From positions 660,522 through 702,401 of the forward strand of contig NW_007726576.1 of NCBI RefSeq assembly GCF_000696425.1: 41,880 nucleotides of DNA, given 5' to 3'. A program made the position numbers and the translations under genes. The DNA is from Galeopterus variegatus (Eukaryota). The notes under the pieces are model-generated. The model saw only the letters and a program-made list of their open reading frames with translations, did no database searches and had not been told where the DNA came from. Shown here in pieces: positions 1-12,372 of this stretch (positions are counted from its first letter, which is position 1; each line of letters opens with the position of its first letter).

Positions 1-265
1 ATCCCATAGTGAGTGGATTAATAATGGTGGTCATGAGCATGGTTCTGAGGGCTTTAAAAAAAGAGTACATGAGAGGTTAGTCTGTCTCTCTTCTACCATT
101 TTCTGCCACATGAGACCCCTGGGTCACTGTTGCCACCACCAAGACCCTCACTGGAGGGTTCCCTGGACTTTTGACTTCCTAGCCTCCAAAACTGTAAGCA
201 ATAAATTTCATTTTCTTACAAATTACCTCGTTATGTGTATTTTGTTATAAGCAACAGAAATGGAC
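1..265 (+). mobile_element. MaLR-type LTR 3' fragment (THE1/MST/MLT1-like terminus), truncated by the downstream L1
   Basis: The terminus pattern '...cttcctagcctccaaaactgtaagcaataaatttc...ttataagcaacagaaatggac' resembles the conserved 3' end of mammalian MaLR LTRs. Recognition from memory only. Confidence 0.35.
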
Positions 266-2850
266 AAATACAGACCAATAACAAACAATGATATTGAAGC
301 ACTAATCAGCAATCTCCCAACAGAGAAAAGCCCAGGACTGTATGGCTTTAGTGCTGAATTCTACCAAAACCTTAAAGAGGAATTAATACCAATACTCTTC
401 AAACTATTCCAAAAAATTGAAACATTCTCCCAAACTCTTTCTATGAGGCAGCATCACTCTGATACCAAAACCAGACAAAGATACAACAAAAAAAGAAAAT
501 TACAGACCAGTATTGTTGATGAACATAGATCCAAAAATTCTCAACAAAATATTGTCAATCAACAAAACATCAAAAAAAATTATACACCACGATCAAGTGG
601 GATTCATCCAGGGGATGCAAGGATGGCTCAATACACACAAGTCAATAAATGTCATACACCACATCGACAAAATCAAGGACAAAAACCATATGACGATCTA
701 AAGAGTTGCAGAAAAAGCATTTGACAAAACTCAACATTTTTTCATGATAAAGACTCAGCAAATTAGGTATAGAAGAAAAGTATCTCAACACAATAAAAGT
801 CATATATGACAAACAAACTCACTGCCAATATCATCTTGAATGTTCCCACTCTCATCACTCCTATTTAACACAGTATTGGAAGTACTAGCCAGAGCAAGCA
901 AGCAAGAGAAAGAAATAAAGATCATCCAGATGGGAACCTGTTTGCAGATGATGTGATGCTATATAAAACCTAAAGACTCTACTGAAAAACTCTTAGAGCT
1001 GAAAAACAATTCCAGTAAAGTTACCGGATACAAAATCAACACAAACAAATCAGTAGCATTTTTACACTCCAACAATGAACTAGCAGAAAAAGAAATCAAG
1101 AAAGCAAGCCCATTTACAATAGTCACCAAAAAAATAAAATACCTAGGAATAAATTTAACCAAGGAGGTGAAAGAGCTCTACAATGAGAATTATAAATCCC
1201 TGCTGAAAGAAATTAAAGAGGATACAAAAAGATGGAAAGACTCTGTCCATGCTCTTGGGCTGTAAGAATTAACAGTGTGAAAATGTCCATACTACCCAAA
1301 GCATTGATCTACAGATTCAATGCAATCCCCATCAAAATACCAATGACATTTTTCACGGAAACAGAAAAAACAATCCTAACATTCATACAAAACAACAAAC
1401 AGCTTCAAATATACAAAGTAACCCTCAACAACAGCCAAAATAAAGCCAGAGGCATTATACTACCTGACTTCAAATTATAGTACAAAGCTATAATATCCAA
1501 AACAGCATGGTACTGGCATAAAAACAGACACTTGGACCAATGGAACAGAAGAGAGAACCCAGACAAAGGCACCAAGAACACACATTGGGGATAAGACTGC
1601 CTCTTCAATAAATGGTTCTGGGAAAACTGGACATCCATATGCAGAAGAACGAAACTAGGCCCGTATCTTTCACCATATACCAAAAACAACTCAAAATGGA
1701 TTAAAGACTTATAAGACCTGAAACTATAAAACTCCTAAAAGAAAACATAGGGAAACACTTCAGAAAGTAGGACGGGGGGCCAAGCCCATGGCACACTCGG
1801 GAGAGTGCGGCGCTGGGAGCGCAGCAGCGCTCCTGCCATGGGTTCGGATCCTATATAGGGATGACCGGTGCGCTCACAGCGCTCACTGGCTGAGCGTGGT
1901 GCGGCCAGTCTCAAAAAGGACAAAAAAAAAAAAAAAAAAAAGAAAGAAAGTAGGACTGGGCAAAGACTTTATGAATAAGACCCCAAAAGCACAGGCAACA
2001 AGAGAAAAAATAAGCAAGTGGGAGTACATCAAACTAAAAAGCTAATGCATAGCAAAATAAACCACTAAGAGTGAAATGACAACCTACAGAATAGGAGAAA
2101 ATATTTGCAGGCTATGTATCTGACAAGGGATTAATATCAAGAATATACAAGGAACTCAAACAACTAAATGGTTAAAAAAAAAGGCAACGTGATTAAAAAA
2201 TGGATAAAAGAGCTGAATAGGCATTTCTGAAAGGAAGATATGCAAATTGCCAACAGACCCATGAAAATGTACTCAGCATCACTAAGCGTCAGGGAAATGC
2301 AAATCAAAACCACATTGATATATCATCTCACCCCAGTTAGACTGATCGTTATCAAAAAGACAGAGAATAACAAATGCTGGCAAGGATATGGAGAAAGGGG
2401 AACCCTCCTACACTGTTGATACGACTGAAAATTGGTGCAGTCGTTATAGAAAACAGTATGGAGGTTCCTCAAACAACTACAGATAGAACTGGCATATGAT
2501 CTAGCAATTCCACTGCTGAGTATATACCCAAGGGAATGGAAATTACCATGTGGAAGGGATACCTACACACCCATGTTTATCACAGCTCTATTTACAATAG
2601 CCAAGAGTTGGAACCAACCTAAATATCCATCAATGGATGACTGGATTAAGAAAATGTGGTATATATACGCAGTGGAATACTACTCAGCCATAAAAAAGAA
2701 TGAAATTCTGCCATTCATTGCAACATGGATGAGCTTGGAGAAAATCATGTTAAGTGAAATAAGCCAAGCACAGAAAGCGAAATATCTCATGTTCTCACTC
2801 ATAAGTGGGAGCTAAAAAATTAAACAAATTAAAAAAAGAAAGAAAGATTT
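266..2850 (+). mobile_element. LINE-1 fragment (3' two-thirds of ORF2 to A-rich tail), degraded
   Basis: Plus-strand translations carry L1 ORF2 reverse-transcriptase motifs ([34 protein letters not shown], ...MWYIYAVEYYSAIKKNEILPF, FSLISGS*). Multiple frameshifts and stops are present. It ends in an A-rich tail near 2830-2850. Confidence 0.85.
1774..1944 (+). mobile_element. tRNA-derived SINE, class C (~160 bp dimer-like, 'GGCCAAGCCC...GGTTCGGATCC...' head, poly-A tail), inserted in the L1
   Basis: Perfect 12-bp TSD AGAAAGTAGGAC at 1762-1773 and 1945-1956. A B-box-like GGTTCGGATCC is present, with a poly-A tail at 1920-1944. A second copy lies at 9712-9870. Confidence 0.85.
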
Positions 2851-3146
2851 TTTAAAAAGGAAAAGAAATTAGACATTCACTAACCTTTCGTTTCAGTTCA
2901 TGTGTATCACTGGAAATGAATTCAATCACGTATGGCATCTCAATAGACATAGTCAAAGAGAAGCTACCAAAAATGAGAAGAGTGTTTTAGTCTCATACCT
3001 TAAATTTTTCCTGAAGTTGTTTCACATAATTTAAAGGAAAATTTAAACCATCAAACTAATGTCCATTGAATGATTGACAAGTTTTATATTTTAAGTACTA
3101 ACCTTTGCTTTGTTCCTATTTCCTTTATACAAATCTTCTCTACTGT

Positions 3147-3660
3147 ATCCTGTTAAAGGAAAAGTATATATGGATAACTAAGTATCTATTAGTTTTTTTT
3201 GTTTTTTTTTTTGTCTTTTATCTTTTTTCCGTGTCCGGCAACGGATCGCAACCCTCAGATCCTGTTAAAGGAAAAGTATATATGGATAACTAAGTATCTA
3301 TTTGTTTTTTTTTTTGTCTTTTATCTTTTTTCCGTGTCCGGCAACGGATCGCAACCCCCAGATCCTGTTAAAGGAAAAGTATATATGGATAACTAAGTAT
3401 CTATTTGTTTTTTTTTTTGTCTTTTATCTTTTTTCCGTGTCCGGCAACGGATCGCAACCCCCAGATCCTGTTAAAGGAAAAGTATATATGGATAACTAAG
3501 TATCTATTTGTTTTTTTTTTTGTCTTTTATCTTTTTTCCGTGTCCGGCAACGGATCGCAACCCCCAGATCCTGTTAAAGGAAAAGTATATATGGATAACT
3601 AAGTATCTATTTGTTTTTTTTTTTGTCTTTTATCTTTTTTCCGTGTCCGGCAACGGATCG
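3147..3660. repeat. Tandem array, 103-bp unit x5, made of 47 bp of pre-insertion flank plus the 56-bp 3'-terminal piece of the adjacent SINE
   Basis: The period is exact at 103 bp (ORF-track starts at 3199, 3302, 3405, 3508, 3611). The unit is 'atcctgttaaaggaaaagtatatatggataactaagtatctatt' plus 'tgtttttttttttgtcttttatcttttttccgtgtccggcaacggatcgcaaccc(c/t)cag'. The last unit runs into the full SINE at 3613-3848. Confidence 0.9.
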
Positions 3661-3848
3661 CAAGCCTCAGTGTTGCCCCCGTACCGGACCGGAGACCGGC
3701 AACGGGATTGCAAACCTCGGTGTTGCTCCCGCGCCTCGCTCAGCCAGTGAGCGGGAGCCGGTCTGTATGTGGGATCCGAACCCTCGGGCGGGAGCGCCCC
3801 CGCGCTTCCCAAGCGGCGCACTATCCAGTGCGCCACCGGGCCGGCCCC
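3613..3848 (-). mobile_element. tRNA-derived SINE, class A (~230 bp, three tRNA-like units, A-rich tail)
   Basis: Reverse complement reads GGGCCGGCCCGGTGGCGCACTGGATAGTGCGCC...GGGTTCGGATCCCACATACAGACCGG...GGTTGCAATCCCGTTGC...GGTTGCGATCCGTTGCCGGACACGGAAAAAAGA. The 15-bp TSD GTATCTATTAGTTTT is at 3182-3196 and 3849-3863. Confidence 0.85.
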
Positions 3849-4562
3849 GTATCTATTAGTTTTCACATTGAGGCTCTAAACTAATGTAATTTCAGTAAGG
3901 CCACAACTGAGAACAGCAACGAGACAGCTGGTTTCAGTTCTAAGTAGTGAAACACAGAGCATTTGCTGATGTAATGACAGGAACTTCTAAAGTACAACTA
4001 ATATCAGGGAGCAATTATAACCATTTTGTCAGAGATTTTCAACTCTTACATATGCCTGTGTGCGTGTATACACACACATATGCACACACTTTTATATACA
4101 TGAGGGTACCTTGAAAATTTCATAGAATCTCTCATGAACTTTTAAAAGTGCCCTCCATACAAAGTGCTCTTCACACAAAAATATACATACAAAGTTAGGA
4201 AGTGTGGAAGGATATATACCAAAGCATTAACCAGGCCATGTATGGGCAATGGAATTAAGGATGATTTTTACTTTCTTCTTTTGGCTTATTTGCATACTCT
4301 ATGCTTATCTAAATTCTTCATGATGAACATGCAATACAGATAACAAAACGTTTTGAGTGACTGAACAAATTAAAAATCTTATGCCCATTGAACATATCTG
4401 TGTCTTTTATTCTTTTCATTTTACAGATATAATGCATCCAAATGCATAAATGCCAGTACAATTGACTTTATACACTGAAAAGATTATTTCAGATATTTTT
4501 TCTCGCCTATGCATAAACCTCCCCCAAAATGCTTCTTCATATCTTGTCTTGAACATACAAAC

Positions 4563-4727
4563 CTGAAGGTTTTCATTCAAAGCCTTGTCTTGCTGCCAGG
4601 GCGCTACGGAGGCAGGCATGAAGAAGACAGCAATAGCACCTTGGATGCTGAGTTCTGTGATGTAGGTGATCTTGATAAGCACCTTCGCCTTAGGGGGTAA
4701 GTTTCCAACACTCACAGTAAAAACGTC
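4563..4727 (-). CDS. PARP4: PARP4 exon (start of VIT domain), 165 nt, phase 0/0. Translation: DVFTVSVGNLPPKAKVLIKITYITELSIQGAIAVFFMPASVAPWQQDKALNENLQ
   Basis: Minus-strand acceptor ...ctgtttcag|GACGTT (AG at 4728-4729) and donor CTTCAG|gtttgt. The product is VIT-domain-like (compare ITIH 'FQVSVSVAPNAKITFELVYEEL') and matches my memory of human PARP4 'DVFTVSVGNLPPKAKVLIKITYITELSI'. Confidence 0.85.
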
Positions 4728-5048
4728 CTGAAACAGAAACATATGACAACTTTCAAGCCAAAAGAATCTGTTCTATGCTAGTTAATCACTCATAGTTACT
4801 CAACTTGGATTAAAATCTGCCAGGTTCTTCCTCAGAAAATGGTAATAGAACCTACAAAACACATTGGTGGTGCTAAGGAGAATCCTGGAGCCATTCCCAG
4901 TGGTAGAGACGGAGTGACATGTGCGGGAGGTGGAAGAAGAGAAGGCCCCTTGGCAGCTGCACGGGGGAGCATCACCTAATGGATCTGCACTGTGGCCTCG
5001 CACACATGGGCTTTGTCGAGTGGACGGCCTCCACACAGCCCCCTTCTT

Positions 5049-5238
5049 TTTATTTTATTTTATTTTATTTTTTTATTTTTTTTTAAAAGATGACCGGTAA
5101 GGGGATCTTAACCCTTGACTTGGTGTTGTCAGCACCACACTCAACCATTGAGCGAACCGGCCATCCCTATGTGGGATCCGAACCCGGGGCCTTGGTGTTA
5201 TCAGCACCGCACTCTCCCGAGTGAGCCACGGGCCGGCC
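5049..5238 (-). mobile_element. tRNA-derived SINE, class B (tRNA-Ile-like dimer, ~150 bp) with a (TTTTA)n-type tail
   Basis: Reverse complement reads GGGCCGGCCCGTGGCTCACTCGGGAGAGTGCGGTGCTGATAACACCAAGGCCCCGGGTTCGGATCCCACATAGGGATGGCCGGTTCGCTCAATGGTTGAGTGTGGTGCTGACAACACCAAGTCAAGGGTTAAGATCCCCTTACCGGTCATCTTTTAA. The 17-bp TSD CACACAGCCCCCTTCTT is at 5032-5048 and 5239-5255. Unit 1 resembles tRNA-Ile (GTGGTGCTAATAACGCCAAGG...GGTTCGATCCC). Confidence 0.85.
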
Positions 5239-6618
5239 CACACAGCCCCCTTCTTGAAGAACCTTTGGCCTCCCCAACCTCCACTGCTCCAGCACCAGTT
5301 CCACCCATGGCTACAGAACTAGAGAAGCTTTCTCTCAACAGACACAAGGCAGAATTGGCTGCTGCTGTGGTGGGAGAAGGTGCAGAAATGCAGAGAAGTC
5401 CCCACTGTAATGCCCAGGAGCACAGGTCCTGCCTAAGACTGAAGCTGAACAGAACACCCCTGCCCCCACCACGAGCCTAGCACCAAGTGTCAAGGAAGAG
5501 CAGTCTACCACTAGGGGAGGGACAGGAGCATGGCAAAGCCACCTCTGTGGGACAGTGTTCAGGGCCTGCTGAAAGTGAGGGTAGTGCATGAACGCCAAGG
5601 AAAGCCCTTTGGCATCCCAGGACCCACCATGCACCTGGTAATGGCAGCCCACTACTGGAGTAATTTGAAGACGATGGTGCACTGAGGGTCATAATCACAA
5701 CAAAACCCAAACTCGACTCAACTTTGTGACCCCTACACTAACAGCCTGACAGGACAGGAGTGGCCATTTCTGGCATAAATACCATTTGTTTTAGCCTCTA
5801 CTCTTCTTCTACACCCAATGTTCAGAACTCAATCACAAATTCCAAAATATACACATAAAAAAAGCAAGAAAAAAATGACCAAATGTCAAGAGATAAAGCA
5901 ATTAACAGAACAGACTCAGAGATGACCATGGCAAAAATGTATTTCAAAAAAGAAAGTGAAAGATTTTATCAGATAAGCAAAAGGTGAGAGAATTCCTTGA
6001 GAGCACCCTTGCACTGCAAAAAAAAAAAAATGTTAAAGAGAACTCTTCAAGCAGAAGGAGGATAATACCAGATGGAAATTTTTTTACTTATTTCTAATTG
6101 CTTTAAAAGACAGTTGAATATCTAGAGCAAAAAAGTAACAACATGTTGTGGGATTTATAACATATGAAGAAATAAAATACACAACAATAGCACAAAGATA
6201 TGGGGGGAAATGAAAGTATACTGTTGTGAGGTTCTCATACTATACTTGAAGTAGTGTGATATTACTTCAAGGTAGACTGTGGTAAGTGGAAGATGTACCT
6301 TGTAAAGCCTGAAGCAGTGCTGACCAATATTCCTTTCTATGATGATAAAAATGTTCTATAGATGGACTAACCAATAACACAGCCACTAGACACATGCAAA
6401 CATTTTATTTTATTTTAAAAACTAACTTAAATGTAACTAGTGGCTACTGTATTTTAACATGCAGCTTGAGAGCAAAAACCAAAAGTTGTTAAGAGAGGTA
6501 TAATTAATAAGCCAATAATGGTGATAAAAGAATCATAAAAAATACTCAGTACAAAGAAGGCAGGAAAAGAGAGGGGAAGGAACAAAGAACAAATGGGACA
6601 AACAGAAAACAACTGGCC

Positions 6619-6850
6619 TGGGCTGGCCCGGTGGCACACTGCTGCAGTACGCCGCTTGGGAGTGCGGCGGCGCTCCCGCCGAGGGTTCGGATCCCACATA
6701 CAGACCGGCCGCTCGCTGGCTGAGCGAAGCGCGGGGGCAACGCTGAGGGTTGCGATTCTGTTGCCGGTCCTGGTCCGGTACGGGCGCGACACTGAGGGTT
6801 GCGATCCGTTGCCGGTCACGAAAAAAGACAAAAAGGAAAAAAAAAAAAAG
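6619..6850 (+). mobile_element. tRNA-derived SINE, class A
   Basis: GGGCTGGCCCGGTGGCACACTGCTGCAGTACGCCGCTTGGGAGTGCGGCGGCGCTCCCGCCGAGGGTTCGGATCCCACATACAGACCGG...GAAAAAAGACAAAAAGGAAAAAAAA. The 13-bp TSD AAAACAACTGGCC is at 6606-6618 and 6851-6863. Confidence 0.9.
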
Positions 6851-7261
6851 AAAACAACTGGCCAGACGGGAGATGCAAATCCAACCAGATTAGTAACCAC
6901 ATTACATGAAAATGGTCAAAACAATCCACTTAAGGTGCAGAGACTGTCAGACTGGATGAAACAACAAAACTTGACTATATCCTGTCTAAATAGTATAGAG
7001 TTATGGTGAAAAATAAGTCAGTCTAGATTTTTAAAAGAGGAAAAATGGTCAAATAATCCCATAAATGGAGGTCTCAGAAACACTGCCATTTAATCTGGCA
7101 ATTAGGAGGATGTAAGTGGTGCTGGCTGAGCATTCACTCCAGCCTTGGTTGTGGCAACACAGTTCTCTTATTATTTTACCATTAACTCTTTCCTGTCTTT
7201 TTCTGTTACTTCCCCTCTTAAATATTGGGGATATTTTAATATGTAATTATAAATACATAAA

Positions 7262-7322
7262 TACAGAGATTTACAATTAGATATTTATATATATATATAT
7301 ATACATATATATATGTATTTAC
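7262..7322. repeat. (TA)n-rich simple repeat
   Basis: atatatatatatatatacatatatatatgtat run. Confidence 0.6.
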
Positions 7323-8199
7323 ATCTTTATACTTCTATCTTTACAAATAGCATGTTAAGAGCTACATGACAGATATGTCGAGGTTGCCATGGAAGCAGAA
7401 AGTAATTGCATCTAACTTTTCCTGGGGAAAAGCAGGAAAAGCTTTCATTTCCTCTTAGATAAAGGGATTCCTAAGCTAACATTTTAAAAAGTTTTTAAAA
7501 TCAATATATATATTTTTTTAAATCAAGCAAACAAATGTAGTTAGAACATTCCATCCAGAAGAGCAAGCACCTCTGCAAATGGCATTGTTTCTGGGAAATA
7601 CAAATAGCTCAAGCTTATTGGGGTATGAAGTACAAGGGAGAACACAATGAGTGAGACAGAAGAAGCAGACAAAGCCAAGTCTTCGAAGGCCTCCTGCGCC
7701 ATGTTAACGAAACAAGGGAACAACCTGTGGGTCCTAAACTAGAGAAAGGGTTATAGTAAGGTGATGACATGGGCGGATTCCACAGACACTTAGTAGAAAA
7801 CTTCAACAGATGATTAACTGCATATGGGATTTAGGCATATTACTTAATAAGTATGTGTTTTTTATTTTTTAACTTAAAATTTTAAATTACTGATTTATTT
7901 TAATGAGCACTCTCGTTCCTTTTATAACCTGACTTCAAAAATTATTAAATGAAAGATGAATTTATGTATATACCAAAGATGGGCCAATATAAATTTTATT
8001 CTAGTAGTTTAGACAAAGACTTTATTGTGCCTTAACCCAAGAAATCTTAGAGAGGAAAAAAATATATATATAATTTCAGATAAAATTAGACCTAAGGAAG
8101 TGGTAATGGTGTGCTAGGCAGCTTTCCCTGGGTAGGGCAGCCCAAGTCCTTCTCTGCTTCTGCTTTTACCACACAACATTTGAAGGCAGGTGTTCCGGG

Positions 8200-9030
8200 C
8201 TGCATCCTTGGATAATGCCCAATCTGCCCCCAGGCCATCATCTCAGAGACTGCCAGGATGACTCCCAGACCCCCATGCCCAGTGCAGATCTCTCTCCTGA
8301 GCTCTTGACCCTATATCCAGCTTCTTCAGGGACTTGTGCTCACAATGTCCCACCAGTTCTTGAACTCATGATCTCCCCACCCTCCTTACTCCAACACCCG
8401 TGTAGAACCCCACTGCTGTGATCCTTGCCCTGGGGATGCCCACACCAGAACTGCCCAAGTACTATCCTCAGCTCCATTTACTCTGGCACACCCTCCACAC
8501 ATCCTCCACCCCTTACCCAGGGCTGTCCTTCCACCTCCCTAAATTGTCCACAGCAGTTGCATCTTCTCCTTTTCCAAGGTCACTACCTTAGTTTAGGCCC
8601 TCCTTCTACTCTACCACAATGGTCACCTAACTGGTCTTGCCCCTCCAGACTTCTCACTGCCTGCTGAGTGTGCTTTCTCACAGACAGGTCTCATCACTGC
8701 TACTCCAGCCAGGCCAAAATACACCTATTTTCCCAGGGAATGGCACTACTTCAGGTCTCTCACAGCCTGCACTGTGTCCCCTGTGCTCGCAAGGCCCTCA
8801 CCTCATGGTGTACCTGGGGAATGCCTGCTCAGCTCAAGTGCCTCTGTCCCTGGAAAGGCACACCCGAGGTCACTGCCTTGCTGTTCCACTGCTCCGTTAG
8901 TGCGGGAAAGGCATGTCCCCAGCACTACACTTGCTGGGCATGCTAGACCATGCACCCACATGGGACCAGCTGGCATTTCTAAACTGCCAGCGTCTGGCAT
9001 AGGTGCTAAAGTTGGTCTAATCATGAAGTG
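8200..9030 (+). mobile_element. Ancient LINE-2 (L2) 3' fragment
   Basis: Resembles the L2 3' region ('...ctccagacccccatgcccagtgcagatctctctcctgagctcttgaccctatatccagc...cttcagg...ctcacagcctgcactgtgtcccc'). The many overlapping short ORFs here are L2-derived. Confidence 0.4.
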
Positions 9031-9711
9031 AAGAAAGAGGTAGGCAACAGCATCATTTAGGATGACACGGAGTGGCTGCTTTTTGCCATTTTGGAGATTG
9101 CAGGAACACTTAGCAGGAGGATAACTGGATGGTCTGTGGGAAAGTGGCTAAGTCTCATGTCGAAAGAAGGAGAGTAAAGGGGTGGGAATCTGAGGGGAGA
9201 AGAAGGAGCCAGCGAGGGTCTGCTTTATTTTTTAGGGTGGCTAGGTCAAGGAGAAAAAGCGAGTCGTGAGGGAGAAAATGGAAATACAGAGAGGTAATGA
9301 TGGATGGGCACATGCTAGGGAAAGCTTACATGAGATGAGATAGGACGGGGGAAGGGATCAGCATTAGAAATAATCAGGGAGGAAAAAGATGAGGCTGAGG
9401 ATGTCACTTTTGAGCTGGAGGGAGGAAAGCTAAAGGGATTCATGACTTACACTTGTTTTCATTTGAAATAAGAAGAGGGGTCACCTACTGATAGTGGAGA
9501 TACAGGTAAGGTTGCTGGGTTAAGGAGAATGGTAAAGGATTAAAATAGCAATTTTTATGCAGAGAACAAAGAAGCCAGCTGGGGTGAAGAAAGGACTGCA
9601 GAGGTGTAGAGCAGGAAGGGTTGGAGAACGCCACCTAGCTCTTCATTGCAAGACATGCTTCTCCCAGCGTTATCCAGATTTCTGATACACAGCATTAATC
9701 TGATTAATCTT

Positions 9712-9870
9712 TTTTTTTTTTTTTTTGTCCTTTTTGAGACTGGCCGCACCGCACTCAGCCAGTGAGCGCTTTGAGCGCACTGGCCATCCCTATACAGGAT
9801 CCGAACCCACAGAGGGAGCGCTTCTGCGCTCCCAGCGCCGCACTCTCCCGAGTGCGCCAAGGGCTTGGCC
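9712..9870 (-). mobile_element. tRNA-derived SINE, class C
   Basis: Reverse complement reads GGGCCAAGCCCTTGGCGCACTCGGGAGAGTGCGGCGCTGGGAGCGCAGAAGCGCTCCCTCTGTGGGTTCGGATCCTGTATAGGGATGGCCAGTGCGCTCAAAGCGCTCACTGGCTGAGTGCGGTGCGGCCAGTCTCAAAAAGGACAAAAAAAA. The 11-bp TSD TGATTAATCTT is at 9701-9711 and 9876-9886. Confidence 0.85.
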
Positions 9871-10019
9871 CAATTTGATTAATCTTAACGCATCTCCATA
9901 TAACATTCCAACACAAATGATCCGTCTCTCAACACTTTGGATGTCTAAAACTAGAAGAGAGTTGGAAACATTTTATACTGTACATATGTGTGTGTGTCAA
10001 ATAACATCTTTTGATTCTT

Positions 10020-10230
10020 GGGAACATATATGCAACACACAATATATATTACTATATTATATATAGGCTATGCATATGATTTACAATATTCCCCACTATC
10101 AGAAGACTAATATATGAAATATCTAATAATATAAACATATAACTTAATACACATATAGTAATATATAACAAAATATATGTATTTTATGATGATATCATAT
10201 ATTATTATAGCATGAGAACATCAAAGTCAC
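10020..10230. repeat. AT-rich low-complexity / (TA)n-like region
   Basis: Runs of tatata / atatgatt / aatatata. Confidence 0.5.
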
Positions 10231-11256
10231 TAGACAGCAAAATTCATATAGGGAAACCATGGCTTGAGTTGGCAGTAGTTCTGACCAGACTTTACCCGAA
10301 AGTAATATCTTTTGTGAATACCGTTTTCCTGTGGATCATATCCCTAGAAAAATATGTTAGTACAAACTAGGAAACAAATTTACCAACTCATGTCTGACAG
10401 TAACTCCACACTATTAAGCATCAGTCTCTAAAATGAACCGCAGGCTTTTATAAACACAGTTTGGCCAGGGCTAGTAGTATTAACTTTTAATCCTCATCTC
10501 TTCGTTGCTTATCACTATCTGGCAAATAGTTACCCTAGCTGTCAAAAGTAGTAATTTACACCCTAAATCTACATTAATCTTTCATACATCCCTAACCCCA
10601 ACAAACATTAACCTTTCACAATACTAAGGCAAAGTGTCATCCTCAGAGTTAATACCTGAAGCACACAACCCCATCTGCAGAAACTACTACCATGCAGTCA
10701 AGGCATGGTCAGACACTGCATGTAATCCAGCACCTGCCAGAGGCACATTTAAAACACCTTATATTTAACAAAAGTAATCTAGTGGCGTGATAATTGCTCC
10801 TTTTTCCAGACTCTCCACATTACGTTCCTGTTAAAGCAATAATCAGAAAGCAAAGAAGCTGGACCCATCTCACAGCTGTGTAGAAATGCCTTTCTGGGTT
10901 ATGATTTGGTAAAAATTGGATAAATTGCTAACTGAACTTAGTTCTAGGAAAAATGTAAATATATCACACTCTCTTCTCAGAAGATAAAAATTATATACCC
11001 CAAATGTTTTCTTTTTGTTGCCACTTCTGGGAAAGTCAGTTCCCCAGGACAGAAATAGCTGTTTGGTAATATCCTCCTTATTTGGACTAGTCAAATGGGT
11101 CTGACGGGCTTGGCCTACCCTTGCACACAGCAAGTGAAACTCTGAGAGAGTGGAAGTTATCTTGATCTCTAGTATAAGTCTCGTATTTCAAACCCTTTTC
11201 CAACTCTTCTTCCCTCTCTTGTAAGCACACTGACTGCTGGTGAGCACCAGCCGTAC

Positions 11257-11343
11257 CGGAGCATCCTGGTCCATCAAGTAGGCACCATGGCCTCGGCTGA
11301 CGGCATCTCGGTATTCTTGCTGGGCTTCTGCCTTCTCTTTAAT
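11257..11343 (-). CDS. PARP4: PARP4 exon (VIT domain), 87 nt, phase 0/0. Translation: IKEKAEAQQEYRDAVSRGHGAYLMDQDAP
   Basis: Acceptor tcttttccag|ATTAAAGAG and donor GCTCCG|gtacgg on the minus strand. The translation matches my memory of human PARP4 'IKEKEEAQQEYLEAVTQGHGAYLMSQDAP' and joins in phase to the flanking exons. Confidence 0.8.
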
Positions 11344-12012
11344 CTGGAAAAGATTATTTTTACACCAGTCATTATATGAAGAGGGACTTTAGACTTTACT
11401 AAGGAAAGTTACATCAGTGTTCACTAAACCTAGGTAAAAACAGGAAACTAAGCATCTAAGATGAAAGGAAAGTTATATAAGGTTATCATAAAAATGTACT
11501 TATGTAATAAGGATTTGGACTAGAAAAGGCAAACTAAAGAGAATTCTCTTTATGTTGGGACCAAAATATTTCAGAGTCAATAGTGGAAAAACAGTTTGGT
11601 TGGAACTTTACATTGAACAAAAAAATAATAAAGTTTATTTTAAACTCAATAAATTGTGTGTTATATATAATTGCAACTGTGGGCTAATTCTTAGAATAAA
11701 CAAAGAATAAATCAACTACTATTTCTTTTGGTACAATTTTTCTTAGAAATTTACAATAATAGCTTTTACTTCAGCTTGACTTTTAAGCAGGATGAGAAGG
11801 ATGTTTTGGCAAAAATATATGAGGGCTTCACTAATTTTCCAATGTGCCTCTCTTAAACTTCTGATATTGAAATCACTCTTTTTTAAAGTGCCCAGGCAAA
11901 AAATTTGCAAGACACTGACGATAAAGACTGGACAGGTAAGAACAGAAAACAGTTAACAGGGAGGGACGTTTGACTGGAGGCTGATTGCACAAACGTTTGT
12001 TCTTCAAAGAAT

Positions 12013-12238
12013 TTTTTTTTTTCCTTTTTGTCTTTTTTACTGACCGGTAACGGGATCGCAACCCTCGGTGTCACGCCCGCACCGGGGACCGGCAACGGGA
12101 TCGCAACCCTCAGTGTTGCGCCCGCACCGCGCTCAGCCAGTGAGCGGGAACCGGTCTCCACATGGGATCCGAACCCTCGGCGGGAGCGCCGCCACACTCC
12201 CAAGCGGCGCACTCTCCAGTGCGCCACCGGGCCGGCCC
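12013..12238 (-). mobile_element. tRNA-derived SINE, class A
   Basis: Same structure as the SINE at 6619-6850, in reverse orientation (T-rich start, ...CACTGGAGAGTGCGCCGCTTGGGAGTGTGGCGGCGCTCCCGCCGAGGGTTCGGATCCCATGTGGAGACCGG... head GGGCCGGCCC). The 8-bp TSD CAAAGAAT is at 12005-12012 and 12238-12246. Confidence 0.9.
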
Positions 12239-12372
12239 AAAGAATATTTTTGTTTTATGATAAGGCTGCTACTCAACCCTGCATCCACAGGGACTCAGAT
12301 AACGAAGATTTCAGTAAATGGGAAATTGACTTTGAAAGCACAGAGTGGTTGCAATGCACTTTCTCCCCTTAC

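Noticed and set aside
3147-3660. Regularly spaced direct repeats that could suggest a CRISPR array.
   Set aside because: The 103-bp units are directly contiguous with no unique spacers, and they consist of SINE tail plus genomic flank. The context is mammalian, with spliced exons and L1/SINEs. No cas-like ORFs are present.
3870-4060. Possible next PARP4 exon downstream of the VIT exon, from a weak 'RTETSCLVAVLS' match to KRTDCKAVIST in the minus-strand translation.
   Set aside because: The similarity is too weak and short. There is no convincing acceptor or donor pair, and the frame has nearby stops. Downstream exons are probably beyond the 5' end of the window or not recognisable without alignment tools.
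8215-9031. A cluster of six overlapping 68-92 aa ORFs on both strands.
   Set aside because: It lies inside a decayed L2 3' fragment. The ORFs are overlapping and frame-inconsistent and none is conserved-looking.
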